Source: an uncultured Chloroflexia bacterium (GTDB lineage Bacteria > Chloroflexota > Anaerolineae > Anaerolineales > E44-bin32). From it: a stretch of 64,000 nucleotides of DNA. This document shows positions 8,111 through 17,933 of the stretch, one piece after another; position 1 is the first letter of the stretch; every line of letters begins with the position of its first letter. Location: NCBI GenBank assembly GCA_963818575.1, contig CAWFSV010000013.1, forward strand, positions 172,233 through 236,232, read 5' to 3'. The position numbers and the translations under genes were made by a program. The notes under the pieces were generated by a model, which ran no database searches, was not told where the DNA came from, and worked only from the letters and a program-made list of their open reading frames with translations.

Positions 8111-9301
8111 CTAGAACGTCCGCAAAGGAACGGGGGCGAAGACCAGCAGGAAGAGCACCAGGCCGGCGAAGGCGAGCACTTGTCTGCGAGGATCGAGCGG
8201 CGTGATCTGATCGAGCGGCTCGGCATGCACGCGCCCGAGGACGAACAGGAGCGCCGCCCAGATCCACCACCCTTGCCACAGGAACCCCATCAACGCCAAC
8301 GCACCGACCAGGAAGGGCCACAGCCTGCGTACGCGTGATCCGAGAAGCACGTACATCAGGTGCCCGCCGTCGAGCTGTCCGGCCGGGATCAGGTTCATCG
8401 CCGTCACCAGAAGCCCGGCCCACCCCGCCCACGCCACCGGGCTCAGGAACACATCGCGGCCGCCCAGGGGCGCCGGCAGACCGGTCAGCATGTAGCGCAG
8501 CCAGTAGATCGCCGGCGCCACGCCGCCGAAGGTCGCCGGCGAGGGCAGCCACTCGCCTTTGACCACCCACTTGGCGAGCAGGTAGAGCAGCGAGTTCCCC
8601 TCGAGCACGCCGATCTCCCCCGGTACGTTGGGCAGCGCATCCACCGGCGAGAGCCACAAGCCGAGCAACAATACGGGGATCGTCACGACCAGCCCGGCGA
8701 CCGGCCCGGCCAACGCGATGTCCATCATCGTCCGCCGGTCGCGCGGAGGCTCTTTCATCTGGATGAAGGCGCCCATGGTGCCGAAGACGCTGCCGGGGAA
8801 TGGAATGAAGAAGGGCAGCGTCACCTCGGTCTTGTGGTGTCGCGCCATCAGGTAGTGCCCGAATTCGTGAGCTGTCAGGATCGCCAGCAGGCTGGCGGCG
8901 AACGGCAGGCCCGAGGGCAGGTTCAGGATCAATCCACGCAACGTCAAGGGGCCGGTGTAGCCGTAGAGTTCCCCCGCCAACAGCACACTCAGGACGGTCA
9001 ACAGGAACATCAGCACATTGGCGCGCGGGCTCGCCGTCTTGCCGATCGGCACGCCCTGTCGCGCCAGCACGACGTGCTGCCCTTCCTCGAGCCGGAAGAG
9101 CAGGGTCATCCCCTCGTGGCGGAACGCCGGCGCCAGCTGGTCATAGGCCTGCTGCGAGCCGATCACCAGGCGACCGCGGTACCGCGCGGCGTAGCTCAGC
9201 CCCGTCCCGCCCGGCGTGTAGTCGGTGACCTGCATCACACGCCGCACGGCGGGGAGCAGCCGCTCCGCAAGAATCTCACCCGCCACCATCTCAGTCTGCA
9301 T
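8111..9301 (-). CDS. Site-2 protease family (M50) membrane metalloprotease
   Basis: HEFGHYLMARHH (HExxH) within multiple TM helices. The start is set at MQTEMVAG (ATG 9301) because the longer ORF 8111..9490 runs through the tRNA at 9322-9419. Confidence 0.85.
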   Translation of the reverse strand: MQTEMVAGEILAERLLPAVRRVMQVTDYTPGGTGLSYAARYRGRLVIGSQQAYDQLAPAFRHEGMTLLFRLEEGQHVVLARQGVPIGKTASPRANVLMFLLTVLSVLLAGELYGYTGPLTLRGLILNLPSGLPFAASLLAILTAHEFGHYLMARHHKTEVTLPFFIPFPGSVFGTMGAFIQMKEPPRDRRTMMDIALAGPVAGLVVTIPVLLLGLWLSPVDALPNVPGEIGVLEGNSLLYLLAKWVVKGEWLPSPATFGGVAPAIYWLRYMLTGLPAPLGGRDVFLSPVAWAGWAGLLVTAMNLIPAGQLDGGHLMYVLLGSRVRRLWPFLVGALALMGFLWQGWWIWAALLFVLGRVHAEPLDQITPLDPRRQVLAFAGLVLFLLVFAPVPLRTF

Positions 9302-9321
9302 CGTCACCACCAGAAACCAAA

Positions 9322-9419
9322 GGCGGGAGTGGATGGGAGTCGAACCCACCGCGGCCCGTTGAACGGCCCGCCGCCGGTTTTGAAGACCGGGGAGCCCACC
9401 GGGACCCAACCACCCCCGC
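9322..9419 (-). tRNA. selC: tRNA-Sec (anticodon UCA), CCA not encoded
   Basis: Minus strand: GCGGGGGTGGTTGGGTCCCGGTGGGCTCCCCGGTCTTCAAAACCGGCGGCGGGCCGTTCAACGGGCCGCGGTGGGTTCGACTCCCATCCACTCCCGC. It has an anticodon loop CTTCAAA, an acceptor stem of at least 8 bp, a 6-bp D-stem with a CGGT loop as in E. coli selC, a long variable arm and a TTCGACT T-loop. Confidence 0.8.
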
Positions 9420-9585
9420 GGGCAAGGATACTCCTGCGCCCGAGGGGTGACAAGGGAACCAGGACGCCGCGTCGCATGCCAAGAGTACAATCAGGGACGC
9501 CGGTTCGCGGATGGGAGCGCATGACGACGCCTGGTCAATCCTACGCCCGCGCAGCCCTCAGGCACCGGATCGCCCGGGCCTCGGG

Positions 9586-10800
9586 ATGGCTCATCGCTCG
9601 TCGCGCTGGTACTGGCCGGCTGTGCACCCGTCGTGTCGACGCCGACGTCGGTCCCGACTGCCTGGGTGCCGATCCCCCTCAATCCGGCTTCGACACCGGG
9701 CACGCCAACGGCCTCGCCGATCCCGATCACGCCCCTGCCGACGTTGGAGCCCATCGCTCCGATCTCGGAGTCGGATTGGGTGCGCGGCCCGGCGGATGCC
9801 CCCATCACGCTTCTGCTGTACTCCGACTTCGACTGCTCGACGTGCGCCGACCTGGCGGCCGTGCTCTCCGACCTGCTGGCCATGCACCCGGACGATATCC
9901 GCCTGGTCTTCCGCGATTTCCCACTGCTCACGATCCGCGAGAAGGCGTCCCTGGCGGCGCAAGCCGCCGCATCGGCCGGCGAGCAGGGCAAGTTCTGGGA
10001 GATGCACGATCTGCTCTTCGCCCGCTACGATGAGTGGGCGGCGCTCACCCCCGAGCAGTTCACAAGTTGGCTCGGCCGGAATGCGACCGGCGCCGGCGTC
10101 CAGGCCGCGCAGCTCTTGGACGATCTTCGCTCCCGCCGCTTCGAGCCGGTCGTCGCCGACGCCTACAACCAGGCCGTCGCCTCGGGGATCCCCGGCACAC
10201 CGTTTCTGTTCTTCAATCGCGACTTGTTCCTCCTCCCGCCGACGATCGAAAACCTGGAGGCCAATGTCCGCCTGTCGCTGTTGACCGCTCGCCAGTTCGC
10301 CGCTCCACCCCCGATGACACTCGATCCCGATACCGACTACTACGCGCGCCTGCGCCTCAATGTGGGCGAGGTGATCATCGACCTGTTCGAAGACAGCGCG
10401 CCGCAGGCAGTCAACAGCTTCGTCTACCTGGCGGAGAGCGGGTGGTATGACGACACCCCCGCCTTCCGGGTCGTGCGCGGGCAGTATGTCGAGCTCGGGG
10501 ACCCGAGCGGCACGGGCTTCGGCGCCCCCGGGTTTCTCGTACGGTCTGGAGGTCTCCCCGGCGCTTGCGTTCGACCGACCGGGCATCGTCGGGGTGGCGA
10601 CCGACGACCCATCGACGAATGGCAGCCGGTTCTTCGTCTCCCTGACGGCGCTCCCGATGTACGACGGTGCGCGCACGGTCCTCGGCCAGGTGGTCTCCGG
10701 CCTCGACTTGTTCGACGCGCTGCTGGCCCGCGATCCCCTCACCGATCTGCTGATCGAACCGCAGGCTGTCATTCTTGACGTGATCATCGAGGCCCGGTGA
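9586..10800 (+). CDS. Lipoprotein fusion of a DsbA-like thioredoxin-fold domain and a cyclophilin-type peptidyl-prolyl isomerase; frame-shifted at least twice in this assembly
   Basis: ATG 9586 gives MAHRSS, then a frame change gives LVALVLAGC (lipobox). The DsbA-like part reads LLLYSDFDCSTCA..GIPGTPFLFFN. The cyclophilin part reads FRVVRGQYVELGDPSGTGFGAPGF | SYGLEV..GIVGVATDDPSTNGSRFFVSL, split at the ccccc-ggg-ttt run 10525-10535. Confidence 0.75.
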
Positions 10801-12031
10801 CCGAGCCCGCGACTCCCGTCCGACGCGCCGACATCGCGCTGCTGCTCCTCGGGCTGGCGGGCACCGGGCTCAATTTGTCCGGCGCCCTCGGGACGCTGGC
10901 TGTAACACTCGTGGCGTTCTTGGAAGGCGATTCGCAAGCGGCTTCGCTCGGGACCTGGGCGTCGGGCAGTCTGCTGGCGATGGCCTTCGCCGGGATTCCG
11001 GCGATTGTCATCGGGCTGCGAGGGGTCTTCGGACGTCCGCCCGATCCGCCGTTGCGTCCGGCGGCAGGATGGATTCCGGCCACCGTCGGTCCTGGCGTTC
11101 CCCATCGCCCTTTTGGCCGGCGCCTGGACGCTGGCGCGCCCCGAACTGACGCTGATCGCCATCCCGGTCCACATCGCTACCGCCGTCCTGCCCGTGGCCC
11201 TGGCCGTCCTGCTCGTGCAAACCACCGGCACAGCCATCGCCTTGCGCCGCCTGTGGTCGCAGTTCCTGGCCGGTCTCTGGGGCATGCCCATCGTCGCCAT
11301 CGTGCTGGAGGTCGCAACGCTGGTCCCGGTGGTCGCGATCACCGTCATCGGTTTGTCTTCGTCGGCCGACATCCGGCGGATGACCGAGCCGCTGTTGCAG
11401 GGGACGCCGGTTCCGGGCGTCTCCCTGGACGAGACGGTCCTGCGGCTGCTCCTGCATCCCTGGGTGCTCGTCGAGCCTCTTCGGATACGTCTCGGGACTG
11501 GTGCCCCTGATCGAAGAGGCGGTCAAGAGCCTCTCGGTGCTCCCCATCGCCGGGCGCTTGACGCCCTCCCAGGCCTTCCTGGGCGGCGCAGTCGGCGGCG
11601 CAGGCTATGCACTGTTCGAGGCCCTCTTCCTGACCCAGCCGGACCCTTCGTGGTTGACGACGATGATCGGGCGCGGTGGGGCATCGTTGATGCACGCCTT
11701 CACGGCAGCCATCACTTGTTGGGGCATCTCCCAGGTGATCGCCGGCCGCCGGCGGTGGGGGCGCCTGGCCCTGGCCTACCTGGTGTCGGTGGGGATGCAC
11801 GCCACCTGGAACGCCGCCGCCATCGGGCTCGGGATCGTGCAGGTCAACATGGAGATTGGCTCCCTGGAGCTGCCCGGCGGATGGGAGACGCTTGTCGTGC
11901 GCGGCGCGCCGATCCTGTTGAGCGCCCTCAGCCTGACGGCGCTCGTCGGCCTGCCGCTCGGCGCGCTGCGGCTCCGTCAGGCGGAGATTGCCCGGAACCG
12001 ATCGACGGCGGACGGTTCGCTCCCGGGGTAG
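10797..12031 (+). CDS. PrsW-family intramembrane protease; frame-shifted near ~11080 and ~11475
   Basis: Three ORF pieces (10797.., 11005.., 11501..12031) join into one multi-TM protein with LVPLIEEAVKSL, YALFEALF, LMHAFTAA and GMHATWNAAA. GTG 10797 overlaps the upstream stop (GTGA). Confidence 0.65.
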
Positions 12032-12079
12032 AATGGCGGGGTTGCCTGACCCTCAATCTCCGGGCACAGGGTGTGATGC

Positions 12080-12796
12080 ATGGGCTTCGACCTTGTCCAA
12101 CTCATCGAGACGGTCGGTTACCTCGGCCTGATCGCCATCATCTTCGCCGAGTCCGGGCTGTTCTTCGGTTTCTTCCTTCCCGGCGACAGCCTGCTGCTGA
12201 CGGCGGGGCTGCTCGCCTCTCACGGCGACTTGAAGTTGTGGGTCCTGCTCGTGACGCTGGCGCCGGCGGCCATCCTGGGCGACAACGTCGGGTACTGGTT
12301 CGGCAAGAAGGTCGGCCCCCCGATCTTCAGCCGTGAGAACTCGCTCTTGTTCCGGCGCAAGAATCTGCTGGCAGCCAAGGCGTTCTACGACCAACACGGC
12401 GGCAAGACGATCGTACTGGCGCGCTTCATGCCCTTCATCCGCACCTTCGCTCCGATCGTCGCCGGGGCGGTCGAGATGCCCTACATGCGATTCGTGACCT
12501 GGAACATCGCCGGCGGAATGCTTTGGGCGACGGGGCTGACACTCGTCGGCTACTTCCTGGGTGAAACCATTCCGGGGATCGACCGCTACTTCCTGATCAT
12601 CATCGCCGTCGTGATCCTGATCTCGGCTCTGCCCAGCCTGATCCATGTGTGGCGCGAATACCGGCACGAAGCCTGGGCCTTCGTCCGCCGCCGGCTGGGG
12701 CGCGAGGCGGCCCCCTCTGAGCCGCGCAACGAGCCGCCCGTCCGCCTGACGACGGCCTGCACGCCTCTCCCGAAAGCGTGGCCCTATTCCCGGTGA
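12080..12796 (+). CDS. DedA-family membrane protein
   Basis: FAESGLFFGFFLPGDSLLLTAGLLA, GDNVGYWFGKK, IVLARFMPFIRTFAPIVAG. Confidence 0.9.
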   Translation: MGFDLVQLIETVGYLGLIAIIFAESGLFFGFFLPGDSLLLTAGLLASHGDLKLWVLLVTLAPAAILGDNVGYWFGKKVGPPIFSRENSLLFRRKNLLAAKAFYDQHGGKTIVLARFMPFIRTFAPIVAGAVEMPYMRFVTWNIAGGMLWATGLTLVGYFLGETIPGIDRYFLIIIAVVILISALPSLIHVWREYRHEAWAFVRRRLGREAAPSEPRNEPPVRLTTACTPLPKAWPYSR

Positions 12797-12959
12797 ACCC
12801 GGGCAACCCGGCGCCAAGTCGCCGGGTTCGCATTCGTGCCTTTGACTCTTGCCGACCCACCGGCCCCGGTTCGCTTTCTTGACCTACCGCGACGCCTGTG
12901 CTACATTCCTCGCCAGCCTGCCGCTGGATTACCCGTTGCCCAAGTCCCGTACCGATCAG

Positions 12960-13307
12960 ATGGTCGACATCCTGCGCGACCTGCAGGCCTCCACGCCGGA
13001 TGTGGAAGCCTCGGCCGTCGTCAGCGTCGACGGTCTGACGATGGCCTCCGCGCTGCCGGCCTCGGTCGAAGAAGACCGCGTGGCGGCCATGTCGGCCGCC
13101 ATGTTGTCTCTGGGCGAGCGAATCTCCTCGGAGCTCGGACGCGGCAAGCTCGATCAGGTTTACATCAAGGGCCAGACTGGATTTGTGATCCTGATGGCCG
13201 TCGGCACCGAGGCCGTGCTGACGGTGCTGGCCCGTCCGCAGACCAAACTTGGCCTGCTGTTCCTCGACATGCGCCGCACGGCTGAGGATCTGGCCGCGCT
13301 GTTGTAG
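12960..13307 (+). CDS. Roadblock/LC7 (MglB-like) domain protein
   Basis: MVDILRDLQASTPDVEASAVVSVDGLTMASALP..AAMSAAMLSLGERI..GFVILMAVG..VLTVLAR. The internal ATG at 12960 is preferred over the ORF-track start at 12849. Confidence 0.75.
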   Translation: MVDILRDLQASTPDVEASAVVSVDGLTMASALPASVEEDRVAAMSAAMLSLGERISSELGRGKLDQVYIKGQTGFVILMAVGTEAVLTVLARPQTKLGLLFLDMRRTAEDLAALL

Positions 13308-13328
13308 GCGAGGACGAGGGTCGATCCG

Positions 13329-13961
13329 GTGACGTCCATCCCGAAAAGCGGCTACGGCTACCCGAACCTCGCCGCGCGCATCTTCCTGCTCGAGCTCGAG
13401 AACTTGATGGGCAAGAACGGCGTGAGTGCCATGCTGAACCGCGCCGGCCTGGAAGCATGGATCACGGCGCCGCCGGCAGACGATGTCGAGCGCGGCGTGG
13501 ACTTCGCCGAGTTCTCCGCCTTGTTGGCCGCCCTGGACGATCTCTACGGACCGCGGGGCGGCCGCGGGCTGGCGCGCCGCGCCGGATGGGCGGCCTTCCC
13601 GCAGCTGATGAACCGGTTGGAGGCGCTCCAACCACTCGTCGATCTGCCGACGCGGCCGATCCCTCCCACGGAGAAGCTCCACCTCGCCCTGCAAGCTCTG
13701 GCGGAGGCGTTCTCCCAGGCCAGTGACCAGCTGTGCACGGTCTCCGATGACGGGGAGTCATTCTCCTTCCACATTCAGCGCTGCCCGGCATGCTGGGGAA
13801 GGAAGGCGGAGGATGGACCGGCGTGTGCCGCACTTGCCGGTCTGCTCGACGAATGCGTCCACTGGCTCTTCGGCGGAGAGCCGACCCGCCTCGAGGAAGC
13901 CGAGTGCATCGCCCAAGGAGGGACGGCCTGCTCCTTCCGCCTCCCCAAGCCTGCCGCCTGA
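13329..13961 (+). CDS. V4R (4-vinyl-reductase-like, small-molecule-binding) domain protein
   Basis: The C-terminal pattern FHIQRCPACWG..CAALAGLLDECVHWLFGG....EEAECIAQGGTACSF is typical of V4R domains. Confidence 0.6.
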   Translation: MTSIPKSGYGYPNLAARIFLLELENLMGKNGVSAMLNRAGLEAWITAPPADDVERGVDFAEFSALLAALDDLYGPRGGRGLARRAGWAAFPQLMNRLEALQPLVDLPTRPIPPTEKLHLALQALAEAFSQASDQLCTVSDDGESFSFHIQRCPACWGRKAEDGPACAALAGLLDECVHWLFGGEPTRLEEAECIAQGGTACSFRLPKPAA

Positions 13962-13967
13962 TCCCAG

Positions 13968-14735
13968 ATGCGCGCCCTGACCATCGTCATACCCACGTAC
14001 AACGAGGCAGACAACCTCCCCGCCCTGGCCCGTGCCGTGTGGGACCTTCCGATTCCCGAGACGCGCCTGCTGATCGTCGACGACGGGTCGCCGGACGGCA
14101 CCGGTGATGTGGCGGAGGACCTGGCCCGCGCGCACCCCGGCGTCCTGAGCGTTATCCACCGCCCGGGCAAGCTCGGGCTCGGCTCTGCGTATATTGCCGG
14201 ATTCCGGGCCGCGCTCGACGCCGGAGCCGAAGCCATCGGGCAGATGGATGCCGACTTCTCCCACGCCCCCCACTACCTGCCCGGGTTCCTCGATATGCTC
14301 GAACTGGCGGATGTGGTGCTCGGATCGCGCTACGTCCCCGGAGGCGGCGTCGACCGACGCTGGGGCGCAGGGCGCAAGCTGCTGTCCGCATTTGGCAATA
14401 CGTACGCCCGTCTGATCCTCAACCTGCAGGTGCGCGACGGCACGGGCGGCTTCCGAATCTGGCGGCGCGAGGCGCTGCTCGGCATGCCGCTCGAGCGCAT
14501 CCGGTCCAACGGTTACGTCTTCCAGGTCGAGATGGCTTACGTGGCGCAGCGCCTCGGGTATGCGCTGGCGGAGGCGCCGATCTACTTCGAGGACCGCCGC
14601 ATCGGACAATCGAAGATGTCGTTCCGGATCCAGCTCGAGGCCGCGCTACGTGTGTGGCAGGTGCTTCTCATGCACCGGAACCTGACCCCCGCCCGGCGGC
14701 CCAACGGCCACGCCTCAGACACCCGCACGGCCTGA
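13968..14735 (+). CDS. GT2 polyprenol/dolichol-phosphate mannosyltransferase-like glycosyltransferase
   Basis: IVIPTYNEADNL, LLIVDDGSPDGT, GKLGLGSAYIAGF, QMDADFSH, GSRYVPGG, RDGTGGFR. Confidence 0.88.
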   Translation: MRALTIVIPTYNEADNLPALARAVWDLPIPETRLLIVDDGSPDGTGDVAEDLARAHPGVLSVIHRPGKLGLGSAYIAGFRAALDAGAEAIGQMDADFSHAPHYLPGFLDMLELADVVLGSRYVPGGGVDRRWGAGRKLLSAFGNTYARLILNLQVRDGTGGFRIWRREALLGMPLERIRSNGYVFQVEMAYVAQRLGYALAEAPIYFEDRRIGQSKMSFRIQLEAALRVWQVLLMHRNLTPARRPNGHASDTRTA

Positions 14736-15570
14736 CGTCGTACCTTCCCCCTGCTCGGCAACCAGAACTCGCGCCAGCCGTTCCCAGTCCGCCAGGGTCA
14801 GCTCTTGCGGCGCGCCCTTCCGGCCGGATCGAGGCCTGGGCCAGCAGGCGCGTGACGGCCGCCGGCGGCTGGCTGATCGCGGCGGCCAGTGCATTCCGCA
14901 GCTGCTTGCGTCGCTGCTGGAAGCCGGCGCGCGCCAGGCGGAAGAACAGCGGGAGAAGGTCCGCCGGGATCGCCGGCTGCGGGTGGCGGTCGATTCGCAC
15001 GACGGCCGAGTCGACCTGCGGTATGGGGAAGAACGCACCGGCCGGAAGGACCGCCATGCGCCGCGCCGCACCGTACACCTGGACGCTCAGTGCCAGCAGG
15101 CTCATCTCACCCGCCGTGGCCACGAGGCGATCGACCACCTCCGCCTGCAGCGTCAGAACGACGCGATCCGGCCCGCGCGGCATCTCCATCAACCGGCGAA
15201 GAAGGTGCGAGGTGATCTGATACGGGAGGTTGGCGACCACGCGGAAGGGCTCGTCGCCGATCAGCGGGGCGAGGTCGAGGCGCAGAATGTCAGCCTGGAT
15301 CACACGTACGTTCGCCAGCCCGCCGACGACCTCGGTGAGAGGCGGGATCAACCGTGCGTCGAGCTCCACGGCCAAGACCTGGCGGACCTCGCGCGCCAGG
15401 CGGGCCGTGAGCGTTCCCACCCCGGCGCCGATCTCGAGCACCGTGTCGCTCGGCGCCAAGTCCGCCGCTTCCACGATGCGTTCAAGGCCTGCCGGGTCGA
15501 CCAGGAAGTTCTGCCCCAGGCGCTTGTCCGGGCGCAAGCCATGCCGGCGCAGGACGGCGCGTGCATCCAC
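14715..15570 (-). CDS. rsmA: 16S rRNA (adenine1518/1519-N6)-dimethyltransferase RsmA/KsgA; frame-shifted near ~14815
   Basis: LGQNFLVD, VLEIGAGVGTLT, NLPYQITS. The conserved C-terminus (..APQELTLADWERLARVL..) lies in the frame of ORF 14715..15071. Confidence 0.85.
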
Positions 15571-15612
15571 GAAAGCGCTCAGGGTGGACGGGATGTGCGG
15601 CGCCTCGGACGC

Positions 15613-17026
15613 TCACGGGAAGATCACGGGCACGTCGGGCGGGACCGGGGCGATGAAGTACAGCGTCGTGTAGCCTCCCCACTGTCACCCAGTCATCATC
15701 CGAGTAGCCCAGGTCGACCCAATTGCGGTCGGGGAAGCCGCCGCCGATGTCCTCGATCGTCGCCGTGCCGTATCCCGGGATGTAGACCGGGATGCCGAAG
15801 CCGAGCGCCAGGTACCACGCGTAGCGCACGGCGATCACGCCTCGCTGTACCAGCTTGCCGGATGATGTACCCGGGTAGCAGCGGTCCGCCGCCGGATCGG
15901 CACGGCGAGTACGACGTGGCGTACACCGGCACGGCGCGGTAGTACTGCACAGGGCCAAACTCCGTGTCCAGCGTCTTCAGGACGATCTTGGTGCCGTAGG
16001 CGACGACCCGCGGGCGGGGCTCGACGGCCAGCCATTCGCCCTCCGCCGTGCGGCTGACCTCGACGCCGTCTTCATACCGGACCCGGACGCGCTTCGCCTG
16101 CATCCCATACGCACCGGGATCGATGACCTGGCGCGAATCGAGCTCGAGCTCGGCGCTGAATTCAGGCGTCGTCGACGGCGCGACCGGGACCGGTTCGACC
16201 AGCACGTCCTCGCGCACGCGGATGACGCGTCACATCCCCGCTCGCCGGGAGAGGGCTCGGACGCGGCCGGGCTCGACCGGTCCAGCCCGGCGAGCGTGAC
16301 CCCGGCCTGCGCCAACGCCTGCCCGACGGTCGGTCCGGCCGCCATCGCCTGCAGCGTGATTCCGTCGACGCTGACCTCGATGGGGCGCGACGCCAGGTAG
16401 GCAGCCGAGTCGAGGTCTCTCAGCCGAGCCTGTGCTTGGGGGGCAATCGAGTCACCCTGCCGCAGGCGAATGCCCGCGTCGATCAGCGCCTCGCCCAACG
16501 TGCTGGCGGAAGACCAGATTTCAGTTGTGCCGAAGGGTTGGCTGAGGGCCAGTGCCCGGCCGCGATCAAGTCGCAGGCGTCCCGGCACGTGTTCGAGAGG
16601 CAGCGTTGGATCGGAGACGGGAATCCCATCGGCCCACACCCGGTCAGATGGGAAGCTTCGCAGGCCGGCGGCGGCCAGGATATCCGCCGGCGTCGAGGCA
16701 GCTGTCGTGACCCACTCATCCCCTTCGGAAGACCGGACCAGGATGGGGCGTGCCTGTCGGAACTCGATCCGATCGACTTGCCGGAGGGGCGTATCCGCGG
16801 CCGGCTGGAGGAAGTCGTCTGAGGTGATCGTCTCGCCGGCGGATCGCAACGCGCCGCCGACGGTTGCGGCATGGGTGTAGATCGTGCGCTCGACGCCGCC
16901 GGCGACGAGCGTCACGCGGCGGGCGGTCCCCAGGTAGACAATCGCCGCACCCAGCGCCGCCAACACGGCCGCACCGGCGATCACCTGCCCCAGCGGACGA
17001 TTCCGGACCCAGCCGAGCGCATTCAT
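15613..17026 (-). CDS. YabE/RpfB-like cell-wall protein (TM, DUF348 repeats, G5 domain, 3D domain); at least 3 frame changes
   Basis: Pieces 15977..17071 (MNALGW..TLVAGG..), 15696..16217 (G5: VRVRYEDGVEVSR..VVAYGTK) and 15482..15958 (3D: GKLVQRGVIAV..VYIPGYGTATIEDIGG) join, and a fourth frame gives ..WGGYTTLYFIAPVPPDVPVIFP*. It lies directly upstream of rsmA, as yabE does in Bacillus. Confidence 0.75.
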
Positions 17027-17135
17027 GGCTGGCGGCGAGTATACCACCCGGGTCTCGCGCCCGGTCTGCATGTAACCTTCGGCGGTTCTCTCCGTCCAAA
17101 TCGATGGACCGATTCCGATTCCCCGAGAGGCGCGG

Positions 17136-17337
17136 ATGCCGATCTACGAATACGACTGCGAAGCCTGCGGGACGAGGTTCGAGGAGCTGGTGTTCCTGAG
17201 CTCACGGCCGAAGACACGTCGTCTGCCCGGAGTGCAGCAGCGGGCAGGTGAGCAAGCGGTTGTCGTTGATCGCCGCGTCGGCGAACGCCAGCACGCAAGG
17301 CTCATCTGCGTCCGCGGCGTGCACGACCAGCGCCTGA
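17136..17337 (+). CDS. FmdB-family zinc-ribbon protein; frame-shifted
   Basis: MPIYEYDCEACGTRFEELV.. continues in other frames with ..TAEDTSS.. and ..CPECSSGQVSKRLS..*. The 257-aa ORF 17136..17909 is spurious because it crosses ffs and tRNA-Ser. Confidence 0.65.
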
Positions 17338-17382
17338 GGGGTGAGCCACTAGCCGGCCGTGAGCCGGCGATGGATGCAATCG

Positions 17383-17411
17383 GGCCAGGGCGATGCCCTG
17401 GCCTGTTGATT
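17383..17411. terminator. Hairpin terminator between fmdB (+) and ffs (-)
   Basis: ggccagggc-gat-gccctggcc (9-bp perfect stem) followed on the plus strand by TGTTGATT. Confidence 0.6.
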
Positions 17412-17495
17412 CGAGGTGCGGATGCCCGGTGGCGACGGCCTGCGGAACCGCAGCCGTCGAGTCACCTGACCGGTTCGGCCAGGCGAATGAGAAGT

Positions 17496-17607
17496 GAGCG
17501 CCCGGGCCGGCACCCGGCGGCACCCGGAGACTCCTCCTTACCGCTGCTTCCTCTCGGACCTGACGGGGTTCGAAGGGCTCCGCCGCGCCGGACCCGCCCG
17601 AGCGCTC
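17496..17607 (-). ncRNA. ffs: Signal recognition particle RNA (small/4.5S type)
   Basis: The minus strand reads ..CCCCGUCAGGUCCGAGAGGAAGCAGCGGUAAGG..GGGUGCCGCCGGGUGCC.., matching the helix-8 consensus GUCAGGUCCGGAAGGAAGCAGC with a GNRA loop (GAGA). The ends pair GAGCGCUCGGGC / GCCCGGGCGCUC. The 5' end sits 7 nt after a TATGCT -10 box. Confidence 0.8.
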
Positions 17608-17613
17608 GCGGCC

Positions 17614-17643
17614 AGCATACCGCCCTGCCCTCGAGCCTGTCAA
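17614..17643 (-). promoter_or_regulatory. Promoter of ffs (TTGACA-18-TATGCT)
   Basis: On the minus strand TTGACA lies at 17643..17638 and TATGCT at 17619..17614. Confidence 0.6.
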
Positions 17644-17704
17644 CCCGCAAACCGCGACGGCGTGACCGGTGGTGGTCCGACGTCGTTTCCTGCCGTCAAG
17701 AAAT

Positions 17705-17726
17705 CGACACCGCTCGCGCGGTGTCG
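17705..17726 (-). terminator. Intrinsic terminator just 3' of tRNA-Ser
   Basis: cgacaccgc-tcgc-gcggtgtcg (9-bp stem), followed on the minus strand by ATTTCTT. Confidence 0.7.
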
Positions 17727-17727
17727 G

Positions 17728-17818
<91 letters not shown>

Positions 17819-17933
17819 ACGTTTCGCCGGCCCTCTCCGGGGCCGGCGTCGGGATTATAGCATGCGGACCACTGCCTCTCGACTCCCCGACGAACGGCCG
17901 GCCATCTGACAGGCGGATGCGCAGACCATCGTT

